A stretch of 63,975 bases of DNA, the filler included, from Lama guanicoe (taxonomy: Eukaryota): assembly GCA_013239625.1 (NCBI GenBank). It is 79 parts of 77 records of this genome, joined end to end, with 100 filler letters (N's around TTAATTAATTAA, not from the genome) between each part and the next. Parts side by side here need not be neighbours in the genome. Positions count along the whole stretch, not along the records: positions 11,591 to 12,130 come from PNXV01000049.1; positions 12,231 to 13,061 come from PNXV01000051.1; positions 13,162 to 13,850 come from MU053070.1; positions 13,951 to 14,339 come from MU053071.1; positions 14,440 to 14,829 come from MU053072.1; positions 14,930 to 15,346 come from PNXV01000063.1; positions 15,447 to 15,954 come from PNXV01000066.1; positions 16,055 to 17,113 come from MU053074.1; 71 more parts are not named here. One strand, written 5' to 3'. Every line of letters starts with the position of its first letter. The first letter of the stretch is position 1. The notes beneath the pieces are model-generated. The model did not search any database and was not told the origin of the DNA. It was given only the letters and a program-made list of their open reading frames with translations. Positions 12,130 to 24,428 of the stretch are shown piece by piece. The translations under genes and the position numbers were made by a program.

Positions 12130-13950
12130 ANNNNNNNNNNNNNNNNNNNNNNNNNNNNNNNNNNNNNNNNNNNNTTAATTAATTAANNNNNNNNNNNNNN
12201 NNNNNNNNNNNNNNNNNNNNNNNNNNNNNNCATGGACCAAGGTGAGAGCATGAGACTGTCTGAGGTCAATAGCACAGGTGACTGGGGAAGTCAGAGCAGC
12301 ACTGGTGTTGTTCCCAGGCAGGGACAGGGCAGTGATGGGTCAGACAGGGCTGCGGAGGGGAGAACTCTGATCTCACTTCCCCAGAGCTCTGGAGTTCCTG
12401 GTGATGGTGGGTAGAAATTGGCTGTGTTACAGGGACAATCAACCCTCCCCTCAGACTGGGACCCTGAGGTGGTCAAGGAGGCCGAGAGGACAAACAGGGT
12501 CAGAGACTAGGGCTGAACCCGTGAGGGTCATCCTGCTCTGTCCTGGGTCGCAGGTGGCAGCTCTGCCTGGAGGCCTTGAGACCATGGAAAAGGTGACCTC
12601 GCATTCCTGCAGGTCCCTTTGCAGGAGATGGGGACCTTGGATCCGGGCTCTAAAGGAGATTCACGATGTGCAGGGGGCAGTCCATGCTCCTGATGGTAAC
12701 AACCTCACCCCCTCCTGCACTGCTAGAAATGCTCCAACAGGGAAGACAGGGGAGGAGACACAGGCAGGGTCTGTATGCGCAGGAAAACCCACCCACAGGA
12801 GTCCCCACTGAGCCAGGTTCTCCCACTGCTGGAAGGTCCTTTGTGTCTTTTCATCCTGTTTTCATTCCTTTGCTGAGATTTCCTCCTGATCATTCACTGT
12901 GTGGGTCTGTCATCGCAACCTCCAATGATGTACAGACACATTGGGGTCATTGAATTGAGTGTTTTCACCATAAAAATGATATATATGTCCCTTCATTGAG
13001 GTCTTCCTAACTTATGTCAGGAATGTTTCATAGCTCCATGTACAAGAATTGGTTTCTGTCANNNNNNNNNNNNNNNNNNNNNNNNNNNNNNNNNNNNNNN
13101 NNNNNTTAATTAATTAANNNNNNNNNNNNNNNNNNNNNNNNNNNNNNNNNNNNNNNNNNNNTGCTGCAGTGGAAAAGGGTTCTGCCGGAGCTATTAAAGG
13201 GAGGAGAGAGGAAATAGAGGAGTCATCTGGACGAGCAGTCGTGTCATCCTGGTCTCCAAAACTGCCTTTGGAAGTCAACCAGAGATTCGTCCTGGCCGTC
13301 ACTTTGTCAATTGGAGGTAAGGAAACCAGATCCACCAGGCAACTCCTCTGAAAGGAGATAAAGTCAGAAAAGAAACCTACCCTCAGAGTCGGAGTTAGCC
13401 TGGGACGGGCTGACACTGTGCACTGCAACACAGCTCAAGAGTCTGGAATATTTTTGGAAACCTCCAGAGGAGTCTCCAGTTAGACGGAAGCCTGCTTTTC
13501 TGCCTACAGGTGTGGCTGTTTACCGCTACAGGTAGGAGCTGGTTGGTTTGGTGNNNNNNNNNNNNNNNNNNNNNNNNNNNNNNNNNNNNNNNNNNNNNNN
13601 NNNNNNNNNNNNNNNNNNNNNNNNNNNNNNNNNNNNNNNNNNNNNNNNNNNNNNNNNNNNNNNNNNNNNNNNNNNNNNNNNNNNNNNNNNNNNNNNNNNN
13701 NNNNNNNNNNNNNNNNNNNNNNNNGTTGTTACTTCAGCGCTGCTTGTCTTGAAATATCCTCGGATAGGCAAAAAAAGAGCAGCAGATCAGCCAAATGGTG
13801 GTTGGTCATGTCTATCAGTCTCTACTGTACAGCACAGGGAACTAAACTATNNNNNNNNNNNNNNNNNNNNNNNNNNNNNNNNNNNNNNNNNNNNTTAATT
13901 AATTAANNNNNNNNNNNNNNNNNNNNNNNNNNNNNNNNNNNNNNNNNNNN

Positions 13951-14339
13951 AGGTGTGTGATTATATACACCTCAATAAAGCTGGGGAAAAAGAAATAAAG
14001 TATCTTTTAAATAAAAAAGCATGTTCTCTGATTACAAGAAGATTAAACTAAAAATCAATGAAAGAATGATATATGGAAATTCCCCAATGACACAGAAATT
14101 AAATGACTCACTTCCAAATAACCCATGAATCAGAGGAAGCCACAAGAAAACTTTAAAATATTTTGAATTTATTTTAGTGATGCTAAATAATACACACTTT
14201 TATCTAAAAAAAAGCTGTTAAAGTTCATTAAACAATATAATTTAAAGAGTAAAAAGGCATGATATAAAGTAAGAGAAGAAATAAATGAGCAATCAGGATG
14301 AAATGTACAGTGTGGAGAATATAGCCAATAAAATAATAA
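13951..14339 (+). mobile_element. Decayed LINE-1 fragments
   Basis: L1 3'-end-like tatacacctcaataaagctg and ORF2-like atgttctctgattaca..gattaaacta..aatcaat..ccaaataacccatg. Confidence 0.55.
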
Positions 14340-14439
14340 NNNNNNNNNNNNNNNNNNNNNNNNNNNNNNNNNNNNNNNNNNNNTTAATTAATTAANNNNN
14401 NNNNNNNNNNNNNNNNNNNNNNNNNNNNNNNNNNNNNNN

Positions 14440-14700
14440 GCCGGGATCCCCTCAGTCCGCGGCTGGCGTCACCTTCCTATCTCCCACCCGCGAGTCCTCT
14501 CCTCCCAGGCTTCCTCTCCTAGGCCGCAGGCCCGTTCACGCCCCTGGGAGGGCTGTGTCTGGGCGGGCGGGGACTGCGGACCCGGACGGGGCGGGCGGCT
14601 GGGGCCGGGTCTCGGGCTGGCCTCTGAGCGGGCCTGCAGCCCGCGTCCCCCCCTCTTTCCCTCCCCCCCGGGGCTGCCCTTCTCTCCCTTTCCAGCTCCA
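14440..14700. promoter_or_regulatory. CpG-island-like fragment with GC boxes
   Basis: Very high GC and CpG content; several GGGCGG motifs. Confidence 0.5.
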
Positions 14701-14929
14701 CAGGCTGTAACGCTTCTCCAGTTGGAGTTGGGAAAAGGGAGTCTCAGTGCTGAGGGAGCTTCTGTCTCCTCCCTCAGTATTTCTGCTGCATGTAAGTACT
14801 TTGAACACTTTCAGGAGTTATGTTATGATNNNNNNNNNNNNNNNNNNNNNNNNNNNNNNNNNNNNNNNNNNNNTTAATTAATTAANNNNNNNNNNNNNNN
14901 NNNNNNNNNNNNNNNNNNNNNNNNNNNNN

Positions 14930-15346
14930 ATTTTCTACATTCTATATTCTGCCCTCCGTATTCTATATTCTGTATACTATGTTCTACATTCTATATGCTA
15001 AATTTTATATTCACTCTTCTATATTCTATATTCTAAATTCTGGGTTCTGCGTTCCATATTCTAGAATCTATATTCAGTATTCTGTATTCTATATTCTAAA
15101 TTTTGTTTTCTGCATTTCGTTTTCTAAATTCTGGGTTCTATATTCTCTATTCTCTATTCTATATTGTGTGTTCTTAATTCTATACACTACATAATATATT
15201 TTGCATTCCGTAGTCTATATTCTGTTTTCTACATTCTATATTCTTAATTCTATAGTCAATGTAATGTATATTCTAAATTCTCTGTTCTGCATTTCATGTC
15301 TTTATTCTGGGTAGTATATTCTCTTTTATATATTCTATATTTTGTG
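14930..15346 (+). repeat. AT-rich 7-bp-based satellite
   Basis: (TATTCTA)n variants. Confidence 0.95.
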
Positions 15347-16054
15347 NNNNNNNNNNNNNNNNNNNNNNNNNNNNNNNNNNNNNNNNNNNNTTAATTAATT
15401 AANNNNNNNNNNNNNNNNNNNNNNNNNNNNNNNNNNNNNNNNNNNNTTAAAGCTGTTCTGGCATGAGAGTAACCACAAACTCCTGGCAGAAAAACACAGC
15501 TACTTCTGGAATGAGAAGATGTGTTTTGAATGGATCAGTGAACAGCCATTCCGAAAAAGGCCTCCAGAGTCTTGTGGATCAAGATACTGGACCGCAAACA
15601 CCTCCCTTCCATGGTCTCATTTAAGTAACCAGAAAGGTTTTAAAGGAAATAAGCCATAATCATAGTTCTATTTACTGACATTACTAAATCTTATTTAAAA
15701 ATTCATTTTTGGTAATATATTCCAAAGAGGTGACTATGAAGTTGTCTCATCTTTTATGGACCTTACTTTCTCTTTGGGGAGACAAACTGACATAGTTGGG
15801 TAGCTTGGTGGAGGGAGGTGTTAGTCTGTTGCAATTAGCTAGGAAAGGAGGTTAAGAAATCAGTGAAGAGTGGCTGAACTTTTTACTTGAGGACAGTCTT
15901 GTTCAGTTGGCTTTTAATTGCAGGCTCAATGAGCTTTCACTGGAGGGAATAGTTNNNNNNNNNNNNNNNNNNNNNNNNNNNNNNNNNNNNNNNNNNNNTT
16001 AATTAATTAANNNNNNNNNNNNNNNNNNNNNNNNNNNNNNNNNNNNNNNNNNNN

Positions 16055-17113
16055 TTAATGGATTGTATTAGAACACAGGCCCTGCTGTCAGTTGTAGATG
16101 CCTTCCCACACTCAGAAAACCTCAACCCGTCTTCGTGTGTGTGTTTTAGTTCGGGAACAAGAGTCGGCGCACTTTTTGGGGGGCACAGTTGTTCCAAGTT
16201 TGGGGATGTATTTTAAACAACTCCACTGCCCAGAGAGAGGCACTCGCTATTACTAGTCTTTAGTGCCCAACACCCAACTACACAGCCTGGCCAATGGAAA
16301 CACTCAGGGAAAGCAAGCCAAATGATATTATAAGTTCCCAGTTGCTGCTGTCATTTGGAGGTGCCTACGCACCCTCAGTATACCAGAACTATTCTACTTG
16401 TGTGTGCTGGACGTTGGGGAAGAGAGACCACGCTTTTATATTGGGGGCAAGTGTTTAAAGGTTAGGGATGTAGTTTTAAAAACCTCCATGCCCATAGAGA
16501 GGCACTCGCTAAAACCTAGCTATAGAGACCAAACTCCACATTAGATCAAAGCCTGGCNNNNNNNNNNNNNNNNNNNNNNNNNNNNNNNNNNNNNNNNNNN
16601 NNNNNNNNNNNNNNNNNNNNNNNNNNNNNNNNNNNNNNNNNNNNNNNNNNNNNNNNNNNNNNNNNNNNNNNNNNNNNNNNNNNNNNNNNNNNNNNNNNNN
16701 NNNNNNNNNNNNNNNNNNNNNNNNNNNNNNNNNNNNNNNNNNNNNNNNNNNNNNNNNNNNNNNNNNNNNNNNNNNNNNNNNNNNNNNNNNNNNNNNNNNN
16801 NNNNNNNNNNNNNNNNNNNNNNNNNNNNNNNNNNNNNNNNNNNNNNNNNNNNNNNNNNNNNNNNNNNNNNNNNNNNNNNNNNNNNNNNNNNNNNNNNNNN
16901 NNNNNNNNNNNNNNNNNNNNNNNNNNNNNNNNNNNNNNNNNNNNNNNNNNNNNNNNNNNNNNNNNNNNNNNNNNNNNNNNNNNNNNNNNNNNNNNNNNNN
17001 NNNNNNNNNNNNNNNNNNNNNNNNNNNNNNNNNNNCTAATTTGCCTCCAAGCCAAACTCCCAGATTTCCCTCTGAGCCCGGCATAGGGAAACACTCAAGG
17101 AATACAAGCTAAG
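16055..17113 (+). repeat. Diverged satellite with a monomer of about 262 bp
   Basis: gagaggcactcgcta recurs 262 bp apart (cactcgct at 16241 and 16503); ggaaacactca recurs after the gap. Confidence 0.75.
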
Positions 17114-17213
17114 NNNNNNNNNNNNNNNNNNNNNNNNNNNNNNNNNNNNNNNNNNNNTTAATTAATTAANNNNNNNNNNNNNNNNNNNNNNNNNNNNNNN
17201 NNNNNNNNNNNNN

Positions 17214-17724
17214 AAAATCTTGGGAGCTTTTAATCGTTGAGGCCAGTCTGTGGGGGGTAATACCCGTGAAGCCTGGGTGAGCCCGGGAAGAGCCGCGCTT
17301 CCCTCCCAGACACGGGTGGGGATTTCACCCCCTTTCAGGCAGTGAAGGGCCCAGACCCGTGGGCAGACTTGACAATCGTGAATATTTACGTGTATCCGCT
17401 GCTTCATCTTGGATATTAATTTCAAGCTGAGCCAATTTGTANNNNNNNNNNNNNNNNNNNNNNNNNNNNNNNNNNNNNNNNNNNNNNNGAAGACCTGATT
17501 GATTATTTAACAGTCTCCCTTGAATTGACATCTCAGGTTCCTTTGTCAAAAGCAAAACAGCAGCAATACAGACGTCCTTCAATGCCAATGTGACCTGGAA
17601 CGGGTTTAGTTTATGTGCCTCAGTGGCCTTGTATGCGGGTGGGGAAGATGATAATAGTGCTTCCCTCAGAGGGGGTGGTGAGGGGAGAGTGAGAAGCACA
17701 AATGGAGGGCTTACACGAGATGCT
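17214..17724 (-). mobile_element. Possible decayed ERV gag region
   Basis: Pro-rich stretch with a PPAY late-domain-like motif, and downstream a degenerate C-x2-C..W..HC knuckle-like stretch. Confidence 0.4.
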
Positions 17725-17824
17725 NNNNNNNNNNNNNNNNNNNNNNNNNNNNNNNNNNNNNNNNNNNNTTAATTAATTAANNNNNNNNNNNNNNNNNNNN
17801 NNNNNNNNNNNNNNNNNNNNNNNN

Positions 17825-19050
17825 CCAGTGGTCGCAGGGGCCTGGCCTGGGGCACGGTTTGGGCCAGTGGTCGTGGTGGCCTGGTCTGGGGAGCAGTTTG
17901 GGCCAGTGGTCGTGGGGGCCTGGTTTGAGCAAGTGGTCACGATGGCCTGGTGTGGGGAGCGGTTTGGGCAAGTAGTCGTGGGGGCNNNNNNNNNNNNNNN
18001 NNNNNNNNNNNNNNNNNNNNNNNNNNNNNNNNNNNNNNNNNNNNNNNNNNNNNNNNNNNNNNNNNNNNNNNNNNNNNNNNNNNNNNNNNNNNNNNNNNNN
18101 NNNNNNNNNNNNNNNNNNNNNNNNNNNNNNNNNNNNNNNNNNNNNNNNNNNNNNNNNNNNNNNNNNNNNNNNNNNNNNNNNNNNNNNNNNNNNNNNNNNN
18201 NNNNNNNNNNNNNNNNNNNNNNNNNNNNNNNNNNNNNNNNNNNNNNNNNNNNNNNNNNNNNNNNNNNNNNNNNNNNNNNNNNNNNNNNNNNNNNNNNNNN
18301 NNNNNNNNNNNNNNNNNNNNNNNNNNNNNNNNNNNNNNNNNNNNNNNNNNNNNNNNNNNNNNNNNNNNNNNNNNNNNNNNNNNNNNNNNNNNNNNNNNNN
18401 NNNNNNNNNNNNNNNNNNNNNNNNNNNNNNNNNNNNNNNNNNNNNNNNNNNNNNNNNNNNNNNNNNNNNNNNNNNNNNNNNNNNNNNNNNNNNNNNNNNN
18501 NNNNNNNNNNNNNNNNNNNNNNNNNNNNNNNNNNNNNNNNNNNNNNNNNNNNNNNNNNNNNNNNNNNNNNNNNNNNNNNNNNNNNNNNNNNNNNNNNNNN
18601 NNNNNNNNNNNNNNNNNNNNNNNNNNNNNNNNNNNNNNNNNNNNNNNNNNNNNNNNNNNNNNNNNNNNNNNNNNNNNNNNNNNNNNNNNNNNNNNNNNNN
18701 NNNNNNNNNNNNNNNNNNNNNNNNNNNNNNNNNNNNNNNNNNNNNNNNNNNNNNNNNNNNNNNNNNNNNNNNNNNNNNNNNNNNNNNNNNNNNNNNNNNN
18801 NNNNNNNNNNNNNNNNNNNNNNNNNNNNNNNNNNNNNNNNNNNNNNNNNNNNNNNNNNNNNNNNNNNNNNNNNNNNNNGTGGTCGCGGGGGCCTGGTCTG
18901 GGGAGCGGTTTGGGCCAGTGGTCACGGGGGCCTGGTCTGGTTAGTTGTTTGGGCCTACGGACGCGGATGCCTGGTCTGGGGAGCGGATTGGGCCAGTGGT
19001 TGCGTGGGCCTGGTTTGGGCCAGTGGTTGCAGGGGCATGGCCTGGGGAGC
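17825..19050 (+). repeat. GC-rich minisatellite with a 39-bp unit and shorter variants
   Basis: ccagtggtcg at 17825, 17864 and 17903; the same unit resumes after the gap. Confidence 0.9.
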
Positions 19051-19987
19051 NNNNNNNNNNNNNNNNNNNNNNNNNNNNNNNNNNNNNNNNNNNNTTAATT
19101 AATTAANNNNNNNNNNNNNNNNNNNNNNNNNNNNNNNNNNNNNNNNNNNNTCCCAGTTGAAGTTTAGAAAAAGACCTTCATTGGCAGATATGTTGTGATG
19201 TCAATTTTGGAAAAGTAGAAGGCTCCACCATTAGTCCAAATTAATTGCTCTGTATGGGAGACATGATGCTGTACTGAGAACTAGAAGTTGCAGTTGTAAT
19301 GAAGTTCACAACACAGCCATTTGCTTCAGTTTAGCTGCTTTGAGAGTGCCCGTGGACAGTGGTCAACTGATTTAAAATAGCACGTTGATCCACTGCAATA
19401 TTGTTCTGGTGGTCTAACTGACATTGATGATGGAGGATGGAGGAGAAAAATCACCTCTGATCAGGTTAGTTGTATCACCAAGTACGTGGCTAGTAGACGG
19501 CTTTCTTATTAGAGGCATGTTTAAATTTGCAGAAAGTAAAAATGAACTTTCTACACTAGTGTCAGCCACAAAACCAGAATTATGATTATGCACATTACCC
19601 CCTGCTTTAAAGTGCTTCTTTTTGAAATCTTGAGCCAATGAAAATACCAGAGAGGCATTTTTTTTCACAACTCTTCTTTTTATTATCACTAATACCTGGG
19701 GACAGACTCGTTTAAGATTTCATTATGGCAGAACTGTAGCTAAAACCAAAGGAGAAAAATTTTAGTAATATTTTAAAGCAAAACACAAGACTACATTAAG
19801 CCTAAGCTATAAAACCTCAGATTTCACGTTTACTATGCAAAGATATTATCATAAAAATGTGTACAGTGCTGACTATATTTTGAAATTNNNNNNNNNNNNN
19901 NNNNNNNNNNNNNNNNNNNNNNNNNNNNNNNTTAATTAATTAANNNNNNNNNNNNNNNNNNNNNNNNNNNNNNNNNNNNNNNNNNNN

Positions 19988-20311
19988 TGAGAGATAAGTG
20001 TGTGTGAAAGAAGTCCTTCACCTATCTTGAAGGGAAAAGAAAGTTTTTTTTCAGTTGCTAACTCCAATCCATATATATATATGGGGAGGTACAACCTCCA
20101 ACTCAGTTTTACAGTGAAAACCGAAGGAACTTCAAACCGGCACTAGGAAACAGACTGAGAAACCAGAGTAAGTGTCTCTCCTGCAACCCGTTCCCTTTGT
20201 GCTGAATGAACGAACGTCTCTCCACATGCTCAGTTCTGAGAGGTATGTGTACCTCCAACTCAGTTTTACAGTGAAAACCGAAGGAACTTCAAACCGGCAC
20301 TAGGAAACAGA
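19988..20311 (+). repeat. 249-bp satellite family, containing a deleted monomer
   Basis: Matches 44441-45641; local period is 157 bp (acctccaactcag at 20094 and 20251). Confidence 0.9.
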
Positions 20312-20484
20312 NNNNNNNNNNNNNNNNNNNNNNNNNNNNNNNNNNNNNNNNNNNNTTAATTAATTAANNNNNNNNNNNNNNNNNNNNNNNNNNNNNNNNN
20401 NNNNNNNNNNNCTTCAGAGTACGAAAGTAGTTAAATAATAGCCATCAGTGATTAATAGCCTACGATGTCCCTGTTAACATACAT

Positions 20485-20625
20485 GCATTGTTTCATTTAT
20501 CTTCACAACTGAAGCTAGGATCTGGCAACATTATTATCCCCATTTTGGACATAAGAACATGGAATCCCAGAAACCAAGGAATTTGTCCAGGATTACAAGT
20601 AAAGAAGGACTATTATCAAATATAA
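20485..20625 (-). mobile_element. MIR-like ancient SINE remnant
   Basis: tcatttatcttcacaac..attattatccccatttt..aatttgtccaggattaca core-like motifs. Confidence 0.5.
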
Positions 20626-21818
20626 GTTTAATCCAGCTTTGTGATTTCCCAGTGAATGATTTATCAGAAACTATCCATTTCTCTTTTATCTGATTGTATG
20701 ACCTTCAAGAAATGCTGCTAACCTGCCTTACCAAGTTCACCAATAAAGAGTGCTCTAGACAGGAATTACCTATATTTTACTCACTGAGAATAAAATATCT
20801 ATTACTCACTGAGAATAAAATATCTCCCATCACCAATTAATCAGCGTATCCAACTATGTGACACATTTTCATATTTAATATTGCATTTTCCTAAGATCAC
20901 AGTATGTGAGGATAATAACCACCACTTTGGATAGTAGATACAGAAAAATAATGAGATAATCTAATAAATTTCCTAAGAGTGTGCAGGGCAGAGATAAAGC
21001 CTGAGATAATTATCAGTTGTTAACAATCAATGTAAGTTGAGTACTTCACTCAGCCTTGTGAGTTCCTTGAGTACTGCTGAATCTACAGCATGCCCTGAGT
21101 GTAGCGGCATGCTGGACCTAGAAAAGTCCCTGGACTGCAGAGGCATCATTCATAGATGCCAATCATCAGAACTCCAGAGGGTACCTCCACCCCTTTCCTC
21201 TTCACATCAGCCTGGATTTTTAAAATAGAACTGAAATCCAGCCAATNNNNNNNNNNNNNNNNNNNNNNNNNNNNNNNNNNNNNNNNNNNNTTAATTAATT
21301 AANNNNNNNNNNNNNNNNNNNNNNNNNNNNNNNNNNNNNNNNNNNNATTGAATATAGAGCTATGTATTTTAAAGTACACAGATAAATACATATTTTTATT
21401 TATAAATCAAATTATGTTTCTGTTTAATTACAAATTATAATGAAAACATTATACATTTTCTGTACAGGTTTTGCACAAATTTCACTTTAATTTCCAAAAC
21501 TTTAAAATTATTTTATATATTTTTGCATTTAAACTCTGTTCATAATTCTGGTATAAATTTCTGTACAAAAGGATGGAGATTGGTTTTATTTAATAGACCC
21601 CAAAATTAAATTATATAAAAAGATTTTGTAGGGATAATATTTGCAGATCAAACTATAAAGAAAGCATCAAATATGTTTCATTTTAACTGGATGAATGAGA
21701 AGGAAACAAACTGAACGTNNNNNNNNNNNNNNNNNNNNNNNNNNNNNNNNNNNNNNNNNNNNTTAATTAATTAANNNNNNNNNNNNNNNNNNNNNNNNNN
21801 NNNNNNNNNNNNNNNNNN

Positions 21819-22336
21819 TTGTTCTTTTAATTGGGAAAGGCTTCTCTGCTTCTTCATCTTGCTCATATCTCTCTGACACTGTGGTTTATGGAGTATCAGT
21901 TGCCTATTTTGGATCTTAAGGATTTTATCTATCTAATGCCTATTTAGGAATAGAACTTAGAAAAAAAAATAAGAGTGAGAGAGAAAGATTTTTAAAAGAA
22001 GGGAGAAAGAGGGTTTGAAAACAATGTATAATGAATAATAGAAGAGCGGGTTGAAGCAGAGTATTAATCGGGTGGAGACGTCCTTTTAAAACCCTTANNN
22101 NNNNNNNNNNNNNNNNNNNNNNNNNNNNNNNNNNNNNNNNNNNNNNNNNNNNNNNNNNNNNNNNNNNNNNNNNNNNNNNNNNNNNNNNNNNNNNNNNNNN
22201 NNNNNNNNNNNNNNNNNNNNNNNNNNNNNNNNNNNNNNNNNNNNNNNNNNNNNNNNNNNNNNNNNAAAAAAACTAAACAAAAAAACAAAAACAAAACAAA
22301 AAAAAAAGGGGGTTGTCGGTGTTCTCCTGGAGTCTG
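21819..22336 (-). mobile_element. LINE-1 5'UTR end and ORF1 start
   Basis: Reverse complement of about 40786-41040; encodes MSKMKKQRSLSQLKEQ. Confidence 0.9.
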
Positions 22337-22436
22337 NNNNNNNNNNNNNNNNNNNNNNNNNNNNNNNNNNNNNNNNNNNNTTAATTAATTAANNNNNNNN
22401 NNNNNNNNNNNNNNNNNNNNNNNNNNNNNNNNNNNN

Positions 22437-22924
22437 GAAAGATTTTAGAACACTTGATCAGATAAACATATAGATCACTGTAAAGAAGTACGAATTCATT
22501 AACAAGAAAATACGTCAAAGGTAAAGGCAGAACAGATCAGCTAAGTGGTATAAGAAGTTTTACAATCTGTTACTGAAGGAGGATTAACATTTTAAGAAAA
22601 TTTTTTCCTCTTAACAGAGAGAAAAACAATTCTAATCTTGTACCAGCTTACTTCTAAGATTCATTTACATGCCCAATTTGTTTCTAAACTTAGCCAATTC
22701 TGACCATGTACAAAACTCTTTCCTCGGGGTTCATTTTCCACAAGCTTTCCACAGCTTTCTATACTTATATTAGTGTGTCCCTTATTTTTCTTCCATTCAG
22801 AAGTAACCAGGTTCAGGAGAAAGTCACTATTTTTCATTAAAAAAATATAATTCCATTCTTATATCTTCTTTACATATTTATATTATTTTCCTAGGATACT
22901 GAGATCATTCCCTTACTAATAGAG
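22437..22924. mobile_element. AT-rich dispersed repeat, probably ERV internal (copy 2)
   Basis: Aligns by eye to 9362-9710. Confidence 0.6.
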
Positions 22925-23024
22925 NNNNNNNNNNNNNNNNNNNNNNNNNNNNNNNNNNNNNNNNNNNNTTAATTAATTAANNNNNNNNNNNNNNNNNNNN
23001 NNNNNNNNNNNNNNNNNNNNNNNN

Positions 23025-23519
23025 GGAACACCTGTGACTGAAGAGAGCTTCGTGGAGTTGTCTCTCGAACTGCCCCACAAACTGACAATGGTTCCGGAAT
23101 CCTGAGCGTGGGGAGGTTCCTCCAACGGTCGGCAGCGCGTGGGTCCTAACGGAATGCCTAAGCTCGACTTCCCAGTTTTTTTCCTATTATCCCTTTGCCA
23201 GGGAATGCTACGGGGGTTTACAGGAAATCCCAGTGACAGAGGCTGCCTCCCCAAGTTCAGGGAAGCTATTTTTCGGACTTCCCCTTTCAGGTAACACCTG
23301 TGACTGAAGAGAGCTGCGTGGAGTTGTCTCTCGAGCTCCCCACGCACTGACAATGGTTCCGGAATCCTGAGCGTGGGGAGGTTCCACCAATGGTCGGCAG
23401 CGCGTTGGTTCTACGTAATGCCTAAACTCGACTCCCCTGGGATTTTTCGTAATATCTCTTTGCCAGGGAATGCTAGGGGCGTTTGCAGGAAATCACAGTG
23501 ACAGAGGCTGCCTCCCCAA
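23025..23519 (-). repeat. GC-rich satellite with a monomer of about 266 bp
   Basis: cctgtgactgaagagag at 23031 and 23297; reverse complement of 24429-25390. Confidence 0.95.
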
Positions 23520-24428
23520 NNNNNNNNNNNNNNNNNNNNNNNNNNNNNNNNNNNNNNNNNNNNTTAATTAATTAANNNNNNNNNNNNNNNNNNNNNNNNN
23601 NNNNNNNNNNNNNNNNNNNTACTAGAACCAGATTATTACCCACCCAGCCTTAACATGAGTCCTGACTCTACTTAACTCCCTCCCACACACCACATGAGAT
23701 GATTCCTCAGCCTGGATGTGGGACCAGCAATTACAATAGACTTTAGTGGAAAAGAACTGGTTGTGTGCAGATGCCAACTAAACACTGTAGAATCCTGATG
23801 TCCCACATTAGTAATCATGACAGCTGTTTGCAAGCGTCCCCAAAGTTCATTTCAGTCTCTCACTGCTAATTTTGCTGGGACATAAATATAAAACATGTGG
23901 ACTGCTGAGCTGGACTGCTATGTTGGGTCTCTGATCCAGGAAGCTCAGTGTCTGCTCCCTGCACCCAGCTCCCTCTTCTGTTCATGCATGTGCATCAAGC
24001 AGCTGTTTAGTGTTCATTTTATTATCTTAAACAGTGCATTTCATTATTGTCTCCATCCACAAATACGTGTACCACACAGTAGTAATGATCAATCTCAGTC
24101 TTTGCTTTCTTTATTAGAGAGTCAGATAAATGGATAGCAAATATAACAAAGTCATAGAGTGCTATAATATAGTATTTCCTTTATTTCAATGACAGGATTT
24201 ATTTAAAGAGCTTAGATATAACATCCTTGCATTTATGGCATCTTTAATCGTCTGAAGCTGTTATATTTTAAACACCTCATTTCAAGCGAGATGTTGTCAG
24301 TTAGAGAAGCTCTCCCAAATTTGAGAGGNNNNNNNNNNNNNNNNNNNNNNNNNNNNNNNNNNNNNNNNNNNNTTAATTAATTAANNNNNNNNNNNNNNNN
24401 NNNNNNNNNNNNNNNNNNNNNNNNNNNN

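Noticed and set aside
12231..13061. Possible immune-receptor cluster intron/exon fragment
   Set aside because: Only a vague resemblance; no recognisable coding motif.
17777..19102. Long ORFs of 382-424 aa, and other X-rich ORFs or ORFs ending in LIN
   Set aside because: Their length comes from N-runs and the linker, not from real coding sequence.
19414..19689. 91-aa ORF
   Set aside because: Non-ATG start and no recognisable domain; it looks more like 3'UTR after a terminal exon.
20778..20825. Tandem duplication with a 25-bp period (tactcactgagaataaaatatct)
   Set aside because: An ordinary local duplication or assembly slip with no further structure.
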